Of a DNA stretch of 64,000 bases, positions 27,701 to 39,228 are shown piece by piece. Both the position numbers and the translations under genes were made by a program. The notes under the pieces are model-generated. The model saw nothing but the letters and a program-made list of their open reading frames with translations, did no database searches and was not told the DNA's origin. The DNA is from Eimeria praecox (Eukaryota). Where the stretch lies: contig OY986949.1 of the NCBI GenBank assembly GCA_963920595.1, forward strand, positions 2,294,001 through 2,358,000. Reading direction: 5' to 3'. Position 1 is the first letter of the stretch. The number at the start of each line of letters is the position of its first letter.

Positions 27701-29343
27701 ATCCTCTGCAGGAGAGGCAACTGGAAACTGAAAATATCCTTTCTAGGATCTTTGGGCTCCCTATCTTCTAAGGATATTGCATTTGTCGTAAGTGCGAATT
27801 GGTGTAGATGCCCATTCTTTGCCTCAGGTTTAACATCGCCTCTCTCTTTAGGCACAGTATAGGCCCTTTCGCAGCAGATGGTCAGATGCTTTTTGCCCGG
27901 TTGATTGCAGTCCCCCATGGTATCAAGTAACGAATTTGCAACCGACGAAGATGGAGAAGATTGCTGGAGGATTCAAGCGGCCTTAGCGCAGCAAATCCCT
28001 CTGTTTCTTCGAACTGTGGTAAGCACCTCTTATCGAACAGCAGCTCAGCCCCGCCTGCTGGCTAATAAGTGGACACCTCCGTGATACTCCGTGATACTAG
28101 TTTTTCCTATGCTGCTTTTGTGTTCATGGGGCTCCGTATTAAGAAGCACTCAGAGGAAAGTTGGTGGGAACGCTTAATTGGCCTGCTCCTGTCTCCAAGT
28201 AAGGACAGTACATATCGTCTTTCCAGGACATGCACAGAGCCCCTGCTGCTGGTTTTTGCTACCACCTGACCCCTGGCTATTTCTGTGTATTTAGCTTTCC
28301 CCTTAAAGCAGATATCCCGCAGGGTGCAGTGTTTCCAGTTCTGACTCACTAGGTTTTGTGATGTTTGCAGCGTGGGCCGTCCGGCAGGAGGCGGGTTTTG
28401 CTCTTCGGTCTATAGCGGAAGTAGGTCGCTTTCTAGTGACAACAGCTATGCAGTGAGTGAGCGAGTTTCACTGATCCAGTGTGGCATGTGGATAATGAAC
28501 AAGGCATGTATCTTCTTCTTTCGTCCATATGAGCCACCTGCTGTTTGGTAGGATGAATGCCAAGAACACCAAGCAACACCAAAGGCGGACCATTTTCTGG
28601 AGCAGCGCCTTCAACCGGCTCTTCAGCAAGTGGCTTCTTGTAAAAATGCTTTCATACGTCAAGACCTAGCATTCTATGTGCATGTAGGATCATTAGGCCC
28701 TGAAAGCACGCGTAGCTTGCCCGCCATTTCACTTGCTACATATTGTCCCGACGTTTCGGTGTGCTCATCATACACAGTAAGACTTCACTTTGGCCGTTGC
28801 AGCAAATATGGGACTCTCTTCCGAACGAAATGGTTCGAATCGTAGTCTTGCCGTTGTTGCGGAGCTTGTTGAACGACCCCGCGCCCTGCTGCAGGTACGC
28901 AGCGTCAGCGTGACGCATAACCTAAGCACTCCGAGCGGATGCATACTCAGTGCTCGAGTAGAACTAGATATTTGGTGGATGCAGCTCGTGCAGTTGAGCC
29001 ACGCAGTGTATGTGGTTAGCTTGCTTCTTTCTGTGGATGGTTTGACACAGATTGGCCCTGGTCAAGCTTTTAGGCAGATTGCTTCAGAAAAATGGGAGCA
29101 GTCAGGTAGACTTGGTGGTGAGTTTTCCCCTGTTCTCCACTCTGTAGACTCCCACAATTTTATCGTAGGGTGGAGGGGAAAGGGAAGCTGGAGCTTAGCT
29201 GTTACAACTCCTGTGCCCACATGCAGAGTGACCTGAAGCAAATGATGGAGACTCTGCTGCATGATGAGTCAGCTGGAGTACGAGAGGAAGCACTGGAATT
29301 TCAAGAGTATTTGCAGCTTCGTATCACGCGTACTATGAACTAG
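24725..29343 (+). CDS. HEAT-repeat protein, divergent PP2A scaffold subunit A (PR65)-like
   Basis: The spliced N-terminus FLSDSPR|VRKRGCRNISCIFRALG...FLQ|DFEEGEDNEDVLAILCNEL parallels PR65 LRNEDVQLRLNSIKKL..LALG..DEDEVLLALAEQL. HEAT motifs: DKQSTCREAAA, LCGDKSCSVQLAA, DSSWRVRATV, WRIQAALAQQIP, LPLLRSLLNDPAPCCR and terminal LLHDESAGVREEA before TAG at 29341-29343. The start may be 24782. Confidence 0.8.
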
Positions 29344-32209
29344 AACGTCAAGTCAAAAGCGGTGACGGATTTTGAGATACCAGAGCAACCTCGTATCGGG
29401 CTTCCGGCATCTTTCCTCATCCCCCTAGTCAGGTCTGTACACCATCATCTAAGCGCATACTATGGTCCTTGCCGCTTAGTGACGCAGCAAGGTTTCCACA
29501 GTGTTCCATCTGCAAGTGGAAAATAACGCGCCAAAGATAGCCCTTTTTAGGACTTTTTAGTACGCACTAGCCGATAAGCTGGAGCTGCTGGCCTCTGCCA
29601 GAACGTAGACTCAACACCACAGCACGGATGAGCTGGAAAACTTCATTTCTTGGCCCGCATATACTTTTTTGGGGCGTGGCCTCTGTGTGGAAAGGCTTAA
29701 GCTATATACAATCAGAAGTGAGAGCACGGTTTGTTGCTGTTGCGCGAACTGAGCTCATTTCACAGGAGCTAAGTTCGTACGAGACGTTGGGGTCTTTGTT
29801 TGGCTGCGCACGAGTATGAGAGTCAGGGAATTACGTCTCAGCACTCACACAGCCTACAGGGCAGACCTCTTCGGCCGAGGCTTTTGCACCTATGACTCGA
29901 ATTCTGGCACGTAGAGCAAGCAAGTATTGCTGATTGTAGGGGAGTGCAACAGGCCGGCGGGAGTTGCTTTCGAGGTGGCGAAGGCAAAGGCGCGTCTCCA
30001 CCTCGAAAGCAACTCCTTACCAGTTTTTACACAAACGAGAAACTCTCAAAAGCTAGAAGACCTACACCGGGCACCCCGTTGCAACATTGCATGAGACCAC
30101 TGGCGCATGGTCGGTGTTGGGGAAACGTCTTATAAGCTGTGGTCAGGAGACCTGCAGCCAGTGCAGGTTAGTGCCTCTGGACAGAGGGAGGTCTGGCAGT
30201 GAGCCGGTGTTTATCGACTGGCCGGAGTGTAGAGGGGACCTAGAACTCGCCCATTTACCAATGCTTGCGTGAATGCTGGCTGAAGTCAAGCATGCGTCTA
30301 ACAACTGCCTATGAGGCCACTGGTTGTAATGTAATGGGCCTGGGAATGGCTGGGCATGGTTGTGATGCAGGATTGTCTTTGCCCCAGGAATTGCTACAGG
30401 GGATGCCGCAGCTCAGCGTAGCTGGCCTCTGCAGTGTGGGCCCTTGTCCATAACGTAGGACCCACGTGAGCTGCCATAGGGACAGAACACCCAAATCAAC
30501 GCCGCCCCCAAGAACAGCGGGCCTGCCCTCCTCTCTGCAAACGCAGTAAACACAGGAGCATGAGCTTCATGGGCTAACGCTGCTTCGAGCACTTAATATA
30601 TCTATAAAATTGGTGCACACACGTGCATAAGGCATCCTCCGTTACAACTGTGGGGTGTGGCGTTGTTCTGTTCATCTAAGTAGTCTGTTTCTTGTTGCTC
30701 AGCATTGGAGTAACAAGGCGCATGCCGTTTCTTGTGTTTATGCTCTCTCCTGAGGCACGATCAACTGATTCAGCGGGGCACTTGCTCATCAACCTAAGGG
30801 CTCTTAATACGCTTCACATTTAGCATACCAGGGTACCTTCACAGTCTTGCACTAAGTGGCAGCTGGAGGCTCACATCACCCATACACGCACTTTACGCTG
30901 AGCCGCAGGCTTCGAAACGTTTCACTCAGGCAAGCTTGTATAGGCCTTAGAGGCATGCCACTTATCAGCGGATTCTCTAACGCAGCCTTCACTGTTGGTT
31001 AGAGACGCTCCTTCAGCGGCGAATTGTGAGTTACTGAGCCACAAGCTTTTAGATGTGTTTGCATTACAAGTACCGCTTTAGCCGTGCCCCACATGTCCAT
31101 CCCTCCTCCTCAATAGCGGTTGAAATTCGTGGCTATGCCGAATGACCTGAGCAGTCTACGGCGGTGTTTCATTCTGCACTAGTCAGTAACGAAAGCCTAC
31201 CCTTGCAACGATGCATTACAGCCAATAGCCTCTCTGCACACGTCTCTTCCACACCGCCACTGTAACGTGGCCTGTCTACAGTTGGTACGTATATTTTTAC
31301 TTCAGTGAAGGTTGGCTATTGAGGGCCAAGTGAGTGTTCAACAACTGCCTACAGCGTCAGTGCATGCATCAAAGCGGCGCTTGGTTATGCTTGCTTGGGG
31401 TTTCACCTTGGAGCACTTGTTGCAGAACGGAGTGCTGCAACTCATAGCAGGCAACCTCTCCGCACCTGCCTTGCAGTAGCATGGCCTGCGTGGTGTTTAT
31501 CCTTGCTGCGTGCTCTGCTTAATATTCATGTTCGTGCCTTTGCTTGCTCGTAGGCTGACTCCAAAGGATCAAGCCAGCATTTGAAGACCGTCTAAACTAC
31601 AGTCAACAATGCTTGCGCATGCAGAAAAAGGTCTACTGGTTGAGCTTGCTTGCGGCATTGCCTTGCATCACGAGCTGTAGCAAGGTTCGTTGCAGCCCAC
31701 AACAGGCCTGTACGCGTTCTCACCGCCATTGGGCAGCTGCGCCGAGGAGGCTCGGGGGCTGTAGAGGAGGTGTGTTGGAGTTTACGAACTCTTCCTTTAA
31801 GTATAAGTTTAAGTATCTGATTTCATTGCAACTCGTCATGACCCACGGCTAGGATTGAGAACTCCCGTTGCGCCTGGGCCATCGTGCAGCTGTGCAATGG
31901 ACGCTTGAAGACTAAGAGGCAGATATTCTTGGCTAACGCATACCTGAATCATATCAAGTCTACTGCAGCTCACTACGGTCCTTCCCTAGGGTCAAGACAC
32001 ATCCTTACGCCAGGCCTTTCTGCCTCGGTGCCCTGGACGCCGGTAGCGGTGAGGACGCTAAGCTGCCCTAGGGAACTGTTGTTTATACTACATCTCAAGA
32101 CGATCCTCAGCGATATTCGCATTTCATATAAGGCACACATACTAAACACTGAAGGAAACCCTTTGGGCATTTGCCTCTACCTACTGGAGCCCGGCTAGCA
32201 GCGCGGCGG

Positions 32210-32247
32210 ACAGTTTACTGTTCCAAAACAGTTTACTGTTCCAAAAC
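32210..32247. repeat. Perfect 18-bp tandem duplication upstream of the SR gene
   Basis: ACAGTTTACTGTTCCAAA occurs twice in tandem. Confidence 0.9.
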
Positions 32248-32787
32248 CCATCTGAAGGCGACGGCGCCGCGAGTGCATCATGCTGGGGAAAGTCAACACT
32301 GAAAATGTGCAAGAAATCTATAATGAAATGGGGTCATTTACTTAACTCGTGCATACATCGCAAAAGTTCACATCTTTCATGGCCTCTGCAGGCTCTGCAT
32401 GCGAGCAGCGCGCGGGGGGCTCCGAGAAGACTTGCGGTGGCTTACAGACTTAAGCTTTTGAAGTCGATTTCTTTTGGTCTTTTTAATCAAATGAGGAAAG
32501 GCTTTTGTTCACTGTGTCTTGCTTACAAGGAAATAGCGGGAAAAACCTTCTGTTTCCATATCGACAGAAGCTGCTCCATGGGCAGGGCCTTGGCGTAAGG
32601 GCGATGCCTCCTCGGATCCTCACGCCTGCTCTGCCTTCTTCCTGACTCGGCGGGTGTTTGTAGTTTTATCTTTTTTGTTTCTCTCGCGGGGCTTTTACTT
32701 TCGTGTATTTGCAGCCACTGCTTTTGGCGTTCCTCCACCCGTGACACCCTGTGGAGAGGGTGAGCGGCGTTGCAGTCCTAATTTCTG

Positions 32788-35700
32788 ATGCAATTCTCCA
32801 CCAAGGGGCCGCCCCAAGGGCGCCGGTTGTCTGTTTCTGTGTCGCGGAGCAGAGCGAGTTCGCTGACTCCTGCGGATTCCCCTGCACGTAAATCGGAGGA
32901 TAAAGCCTTCAGAATGGTGGACAGGGTTTCCCCTACGCGGGCGGGGGAGCTGTGGATGGTGGAAAATGCAAAAACTGCAAGAACCATGCGAAGATTCCCG
33001 TACATGCTTAGAGGCGTTGCCCCAGGAGCTACTCCTAGCGACGTCCGCAACTTCCTGTCCAAGATTGGCCAGGTCAAAGAAATGTATTTACCTGTTCATC
33101 ATTTAGAACGCACGCCTCGGTAAGTCCGACTTCCCATTTTTTCGGGTTGTTTTCCCCTATTTGTCCTCCCAAAGACGATTTTGACAAATAAGCTACTTAC
33201 AGAACTTCAGGCCGGGCACGTGCACAAGGGAGGCTGGGAGGCTGAGGATAAAAGATGGGAACTGGGGAGGGGGGACCTTTCCTTGCAGCTGTGATTCTTC
33301 TATGCATTTGGCTTGTTCTTTTCTGCAGGTCATATTGCTTTTTCGACTACGAAAGAGAATCAGACGGGGAGAGGGCGTTGAAGGAGCTGAACAACGAAAT
33401 GTTCATGGGTGTTCGTGTGACAGTTCAGTTGGCGAACAGTGATCCGAAGACTCCAGAACAGATGGTAAATATGTTGAATTGCCAAGAGTCGTCCCACATT
33501 TCTAATTTGTAATTGAATGTTTGCTCCCGCGAAGCATTGGGCAGCTGTTTTTTCTTTTTTTCAGTTTCAGGCGTAAAGCTGCATCGTGTGAAATTGCTTC
33601 ACTATAAGCATCATGCATGTGCCAGTTTTCCTGTTTGTATGCTGCAGCGCATTATATACGAGAAGAAAGATGAGGAGTAGTGAGTAGCAGAAATTTTATG
33701 CACGAACCGAACCTGCATTGAGTTCGTGCAGCGTTCGGTACACACTTCGATGTTGCAACCAACAGCAGTCAATACGACAGCAAACCAAAATCCAGACAGG
33801 ACAAACAAAACAATCAAACGTACCGAAAATCAGACACTAAAATACAAGTAAAGCGAAACAAAACAAGCAGAGAAAAGGTACTGTTGCGAACCCAGGCGCA
33901 AGCCAGGCGCTAACACTATGCTAAATGGAACATTGAAAGAACAATACACTATCCAATAAGAAAAAAAAAACGGCGAAACTAGGCAGAAGTTACGTGAGTT
34001 AGAATCTAAAGCAACGTTTGCTATCATTCCAAATCAAACAAACCCAACTGAAATCTGAACAAGTACAGTAAGGAAAGCAGCCATAGGGGGAATCTACTCC
34101 TTGGCGGAAAGGTGCATATCTGCCAACGTTTACAGGTGCAAGAGGGAAAATACGTCTTAGTACAGTGTAGTGTGACAGCCGAGTGTACATGTGAGGATGG
34201 ACTGCAAGTGCTGCAGCGGTAGCCAGCCCCGGAAACAGGTTTGACCGGATAGCGTTTCTGCTATTCATCGCAGCGTGCAAATCTCGTTGTCAGTTGTAGC
34301 TAAGCGCTACGTGGTAGACCTGCCGTGTGTGATGGGCATGCCTTTGAGCGCGTTGTAGCGGCTTGCAGGCCTTTGCGCCGGAAACAGTTACGGTTTTTAT
34401 GAGATGTGCATTTTGGCATTTCGTTTTTCTTTTAATGATGCAGCTCCCTTTGTCTTTTTTCATTGCAGCGACCGGAGACGCGCGTATGACAGGAGTCCTG
34501 AGCCAAGAAGGTCGCGCTCAACGCCTTCCATCTTACGGCGGCGATTCAGAAGCCGAGAAAGAGGCAGGAGCCCCGATGACAGATACTACAGAGGCCGCAG
34601 GCGACGCTATAGCTACAGCAGCAGCCGTAGCAGGAGCCGGAGCAGGAGCAGAAGCCGCAGCCGTAGCCGCAGCAGGACTCCGAAGAGAAGAAGAAGATCC
34701 ACCGGTGACAGCAGGCGCCACAAGAGTGAGCACCGTAGCAGGCACAGAAGTAGGAGGGACCGCAGCATCAGCAGCAGCACCACGAGCAGCAGCAGCGTCA
34801 GCCGCCACCACAGCAGCACGAGTAAGCGCAGACACTCCCGAGTGAAACGCTCACACCGAGACAGGAGCTACAGCCCCATCCAAGACAGAAGGAGAGGCAG
34901 AGACACAAAACATTCTAGAGTGAGCAAAAAGAGGCGGCATAGAAGCGCCAGCTCCTCCCCAGACAGGCGCTCCAGCAGACACAAGAAGCACAGCAGCAGA
35001 CACTCGAGCACAAAGTTAAAACGATCATCAAGAGACAGAAAGGCGAAAAGGCATACCAGCAGCAGACGAGAAAGGAAGAGCAGCAGGCGTGACGGCCGGG
35101 AGACTGCGGACACCAGAAAGAAGAGTCTGAGCCGAAGCCGCAGCACCAGCACCAACCGTAGCTCAAGCGGCCAAAAAGAAGAGCATCGCCCCTCCAAGCG
35201 GAAGGAGCCTATGCCCGCTGCAGATAAGCCCGCACCAGAACCGGTAGCAGAGAAGACAAAAGCAAAGGGAGTTGCTGAGGAGGAGGCTGTGAACGGGGCC
35301 GAACCTGAAAAGGTTCAAGAGGTGAAGGCAGAGGAGGGTTCCGTAGTGGAGAGCGGCAACGAAAGTGAGAGCGGCAATGACAGCGGAAGTGAGAGCGGCA
35401 GTGAGAGTGGAAGCGAGAGCGGAAGTGAGAGCGGAAGTGAGAGCGGAAGTGAGAGCGGCAGCAGAAGCGGCAGAAGCGGAAGCAGCAACAGTGGGAGCGA
35501 ACAAGAAGAGGGAAGCGAGGAGGAAGCAGGCAGCCAGAGTAGTGGCGAGGAGTCTGAGGGCGAACAGGAGGCGGAGAAGACCCCAAACGAAGACGTGCAA
35601 CAAGAGAAGGCGGAAGGCACAGCATCACCATCACCAGCAGCCTCACCCGAGGCTCCAAAGGAGGAGTCATCTCACGGAAAGGCAAAGAAGAAATCCCGTA

Positions 35701-35792
35701 CCAAAGACGAAGAACATAAAGAAAAGACCAAAATCACAAGCAGCAGCAGCAGCAAACACGGCTCCAAGGCCTCCCGAAAACACAAGAAGTGA
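32788..35792 (+). CDS. SR splicing factor (one RRM, RS domain, acidic tail), SRSF10/SCL-like
   Basis: Exons 32788-33119, 33329-33464, 33648-33679 and 34469-35792 join in frame. The RRM ends VQLANSDPKTPEQM, like SRSF10 IQFAQGDRKTPNQM. It is followed by RSRSRSRS repeats and an ESGS-repeat acidic tail. The start ATG is uncertain. Confidence 0.88.
35356..35480 (+). repeat. Coding 12-bp minisatellite (GAGAGCGGAAGT, encoding ESGS) in the SR protein tail
   Basis: Tandem near-identical 12-mers translate as ESGSESGSESGS. Confidence 0.9.
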
Positions 35793-38335
35793 CAAAAGGG
35801 AGGACAAACAGTATTACACTTGTTTGGCCCATTTTATCCCCTCTCATTTGCACTGAGGGAAAGACACGGTTAAGGCGCATCTCCACAGACCCTTTGCGCG
35901 GTGTATGCGTCACGTGCTTTCATGCACATGCATTTGAATGTTTAGAACTTTATTGTTGGCGTTATCAAGTTTGTGTAGAAGCATGGGGGTGCAGTGTGCA
36001 TATTTGCATCCTGTTGCAATGGATGCTGCAAGCAGCACCGAAAATATCAAAACCCCTGTGGCTATCAGCGTGTAACGCCTTTTGGGGCTTAGACAACGCT
36101 AGTCTTGTACGCTGTCTAAGACTTGCTCTGTCTAAAGCAAGAAAATGTTATCTTGTACATGAGCTCATGGCTGTTATTAGGTCAGAGCGGCTATTTTCGT
36201 TTTGTTTAGTCTGTAGGCATGACGATACGCACACGTTGTGTACGTATTGGCGCCGACGCGGGAGTTAACCAACTGTTTGCTTTTGAATAGCAGAAATAGC
36301 TCCAGAAGGGGAGAGTCGTCTAATAGTAGACAGCGCAATGCGTCACCTAGAAGCTTATCTCATCCTTAGCTGCTAGCGGTACTGGGGACACTCTTTCTTC
36401 GAAGCTGACGTGCGGAAAACAAGTGTTGGACACGAAATAACTGCAGCCTCTGTAGTAAATAGAACAGTGTACATTCCTGTCGGTGTCTTCAGGCAGGACG
36501 ACGGCGAAGCCCATACTTAGTTGGTTCATACTAAAGCTGGTTGGGTTGGCAGTAAGTGTATTGAGGGGTATACTGGCTGAAATCATGCAGGCAGCCTTCC
36601 CGTTCTACTGGATCTCCGCTGGTGGGGTTGCCAGGAATTCGCTGCGCAGGTTTAATTTGGGCATGAGGCCCTAAGCGTAGGCGAGTTCCACAAAGTAGTA
36701 CATTGTGGATATATTCGGTGCCGACCTCATAGGGCACGTGCGTTACGTGTTGCTCAAGTATATTAATCGTATCGTGAGCCAACTGGCAAACCTTCACATG
36801 GGGAAGGCGCTACTCACCCACTCCAACCGCAGGCTCTTCGTTTGCTCATTTAACAAGAGCTCGACCCCCAATAGCCTCGAAGCGAACGCTTCTAGGGGGC
36901 AGCGAAACCATCGGCTTCTGCACGAAGATAAACGAACAGGGGAAGCAAGTAATTCGACAATACAGTAAGCCCGTTACCTGCAAAGCACTTTTACCACCAA
37001 TTTTACCAAGACATGTGCCGGCAACTGCAGAAATTTTTGAGATTATTCTGTCCAGGCGATGTGACGAAAACTAGCTTTGCAGGTTCGGCATTCGGCTGTT
37101 GGCTGCTGCTCGAACTCCAATGCCTCCCCGCATCAGTCTTTTCTCACGGTTCTACTAGGATTCGGTGTAAGGCGAGTCCTTGTTTTGGCGCCACTCCTAT
37201 AGCTACACATAGTGCGTTACCTAATAAGGATTCCGCTGTCAAACATGTGCTAACGGCGTGTAGCCTGTCCGCTCTTTGAATGCAGGTTAAGAAATTGCTG
37301 ACTATACTTGCAGAAACCCCCTCCAGCCCCCCAACTTCAATGATGGGCACGTGAGGTGTTTGTTTGCTATTCAATTTATTTAGGGCAAGCATAGCTAAGC
37401 GCACAACCGAAGCGCGGCGATCGCTCCACCATTCCACTGCAATAGAATACAAGCCTCTCAGCGTCACACGCCTGTGGGACAAAATCAGCTGCTGCGCTCA
37501 TCAACTCGGGATGCGATCGGCTACAGCTCCCCCACCATAAAACAAAGGATACTCATTTGAGCTGCTGCTCAAGCAGATCACCCAAGTTCCAGCTGGGCCC
37601 GTTCAGTTGCTGCTCAAGCACCATACATCACCCGGATGGCTTGTTCACACTTATATTTACGAGTGCTGCAGCAATGCAGGCCTCCTTTAACAGCGGCCTA
37701 TAAAGTGGGTGCAAGCCTGTTCGCGCTGAGTCTTCACTAAGGAGCATCTATTCCGTTAAAAGCCAATTAAGAGCTACTGCTGCTATAAACTGCTAACTGA
37801 ACAGGCAAAAGACCCAGTGGTCCTTTTGATCAGCTACATCCGGTCATCCCTCATGGCTGCTAGGCGCCGCAACACTAAGAACAAGTGCCGTTAATATATA
37901 TTTTACATAAACTCAGCGGGCGAAAATGAACGTCTATTCAGGCAGAAGCTCCGAAAGCGATGTGGTTCCGGGCTCTCACCGCTATGCAACGCCAACTGTT
38001 TTGATGCTACCCACATTTGGCCGCCAGCTGCTTGCAGCAGCACTGCAGCAACACAAATGCAAGCGTCTGCTTATACAGCAGCCACATCGGTAACTACCGA
38101 AGAAGCTGGGGCCCCTCTGCGGCATCCCCCCCGCCAGCAACCCCTGACTCCAAAACAACTACACTCAGAGTACCTCCACAAATTTTAGTCTTGCTCCTGT
38201 TCAGCACTGGCGGTAACTGAAGGCGGAGCAATTCACTTCTGCAGGTGTGACAGCCTAGGCTGCAGGACCAGCTACCACGACCAACTCAGCATGACGCTGA
38301 CACCTCTGACACAAGCTGGCTGCATTCGGAGCCAT

Positions 38336-39168
38336 CTACTGTTGCCTGCACTGCACTCTCTGCGGGCCTGCTGCTTGACCCTCGTCTTCATCCTCCTCAT
38401 ACGCCTCCCCTGACCCATGAGTCCGTTGCTGCTGCTGTCGAGCGCGTAACTCCTCTGGTGTTACGCTCTCACAGACGTGGTGCTCAATCTTAGGGTCGTC
38501 CTCATCAACCTGCACACAGAAACGAAACCATATAGAAAAGTTGAAGAAAATGTGCAACGCTTCTGCAACCCTCCAATTACCGAGTCGCGACATCGGAGCT
38601 TCCTCATCAACAACATTCACCCCATGATGCGGGCATCTGCGGCTACAGATGGGGTGTGTGGAAATGTACCATGGGGGTGTTCGTTGGCTGCGGAAGAATC
38701 TCGCGGAACTTGGCGTGCAGCGACTCTGGCACTTCCTTCGGGAATTCAACGTCGAAGACGATATACAGATCACCTGAACAAAACACAATGGCCACAGACG
38801 CAACAGCGAAATGTGAGCAAAAAACCCTGATGCTCGAGCGGACCCTGTGTATGATGCATCTGCATGAGCACACACAATAAACAAGCGCCTGCCCTTACCG
38901 TGGGTGAAAGGATTCTTGTGATCTGGCATGCCCTCCGATTTGACGCACATCACTGCGTCGGGCTTCACGACCTCTCCGGGGCTTCCCTGAGCACAAATAA
39001 CTCAAACGGTTCCTTCGGACATCATCTTCATAATCTTAGCGAGGTCTTCCGAACTAACCGGATAAAGAGAAGAATACCCACAATACCCACAAGAGAGTTG
39101 CACCACAACACCGAACAAGCAATCTGAACTACCAGAAGAGGTGGACACATGCATATGCCTCCAGCATG

Positions 39169-39228
<60 letters not shown>

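Noticed and set aside
29628..29900. Integrase-core-like wording (FWGVASV...TELISQE...STHTAY)
   Set aside because: The spacing is wrong and catalytic residues are absent; compatible with chance.
34363..35856. Alternative-frame ORFs over the SR gene
   Set aside because: By-products of low-complexity RS/ESGS coding sequence.
36347..36800. Integrase-like wording on the minus strand (NQLSMGFAVVLPE)
   Set aside because: There is no DDE triad or HHCC motif; too weak to call by eye.
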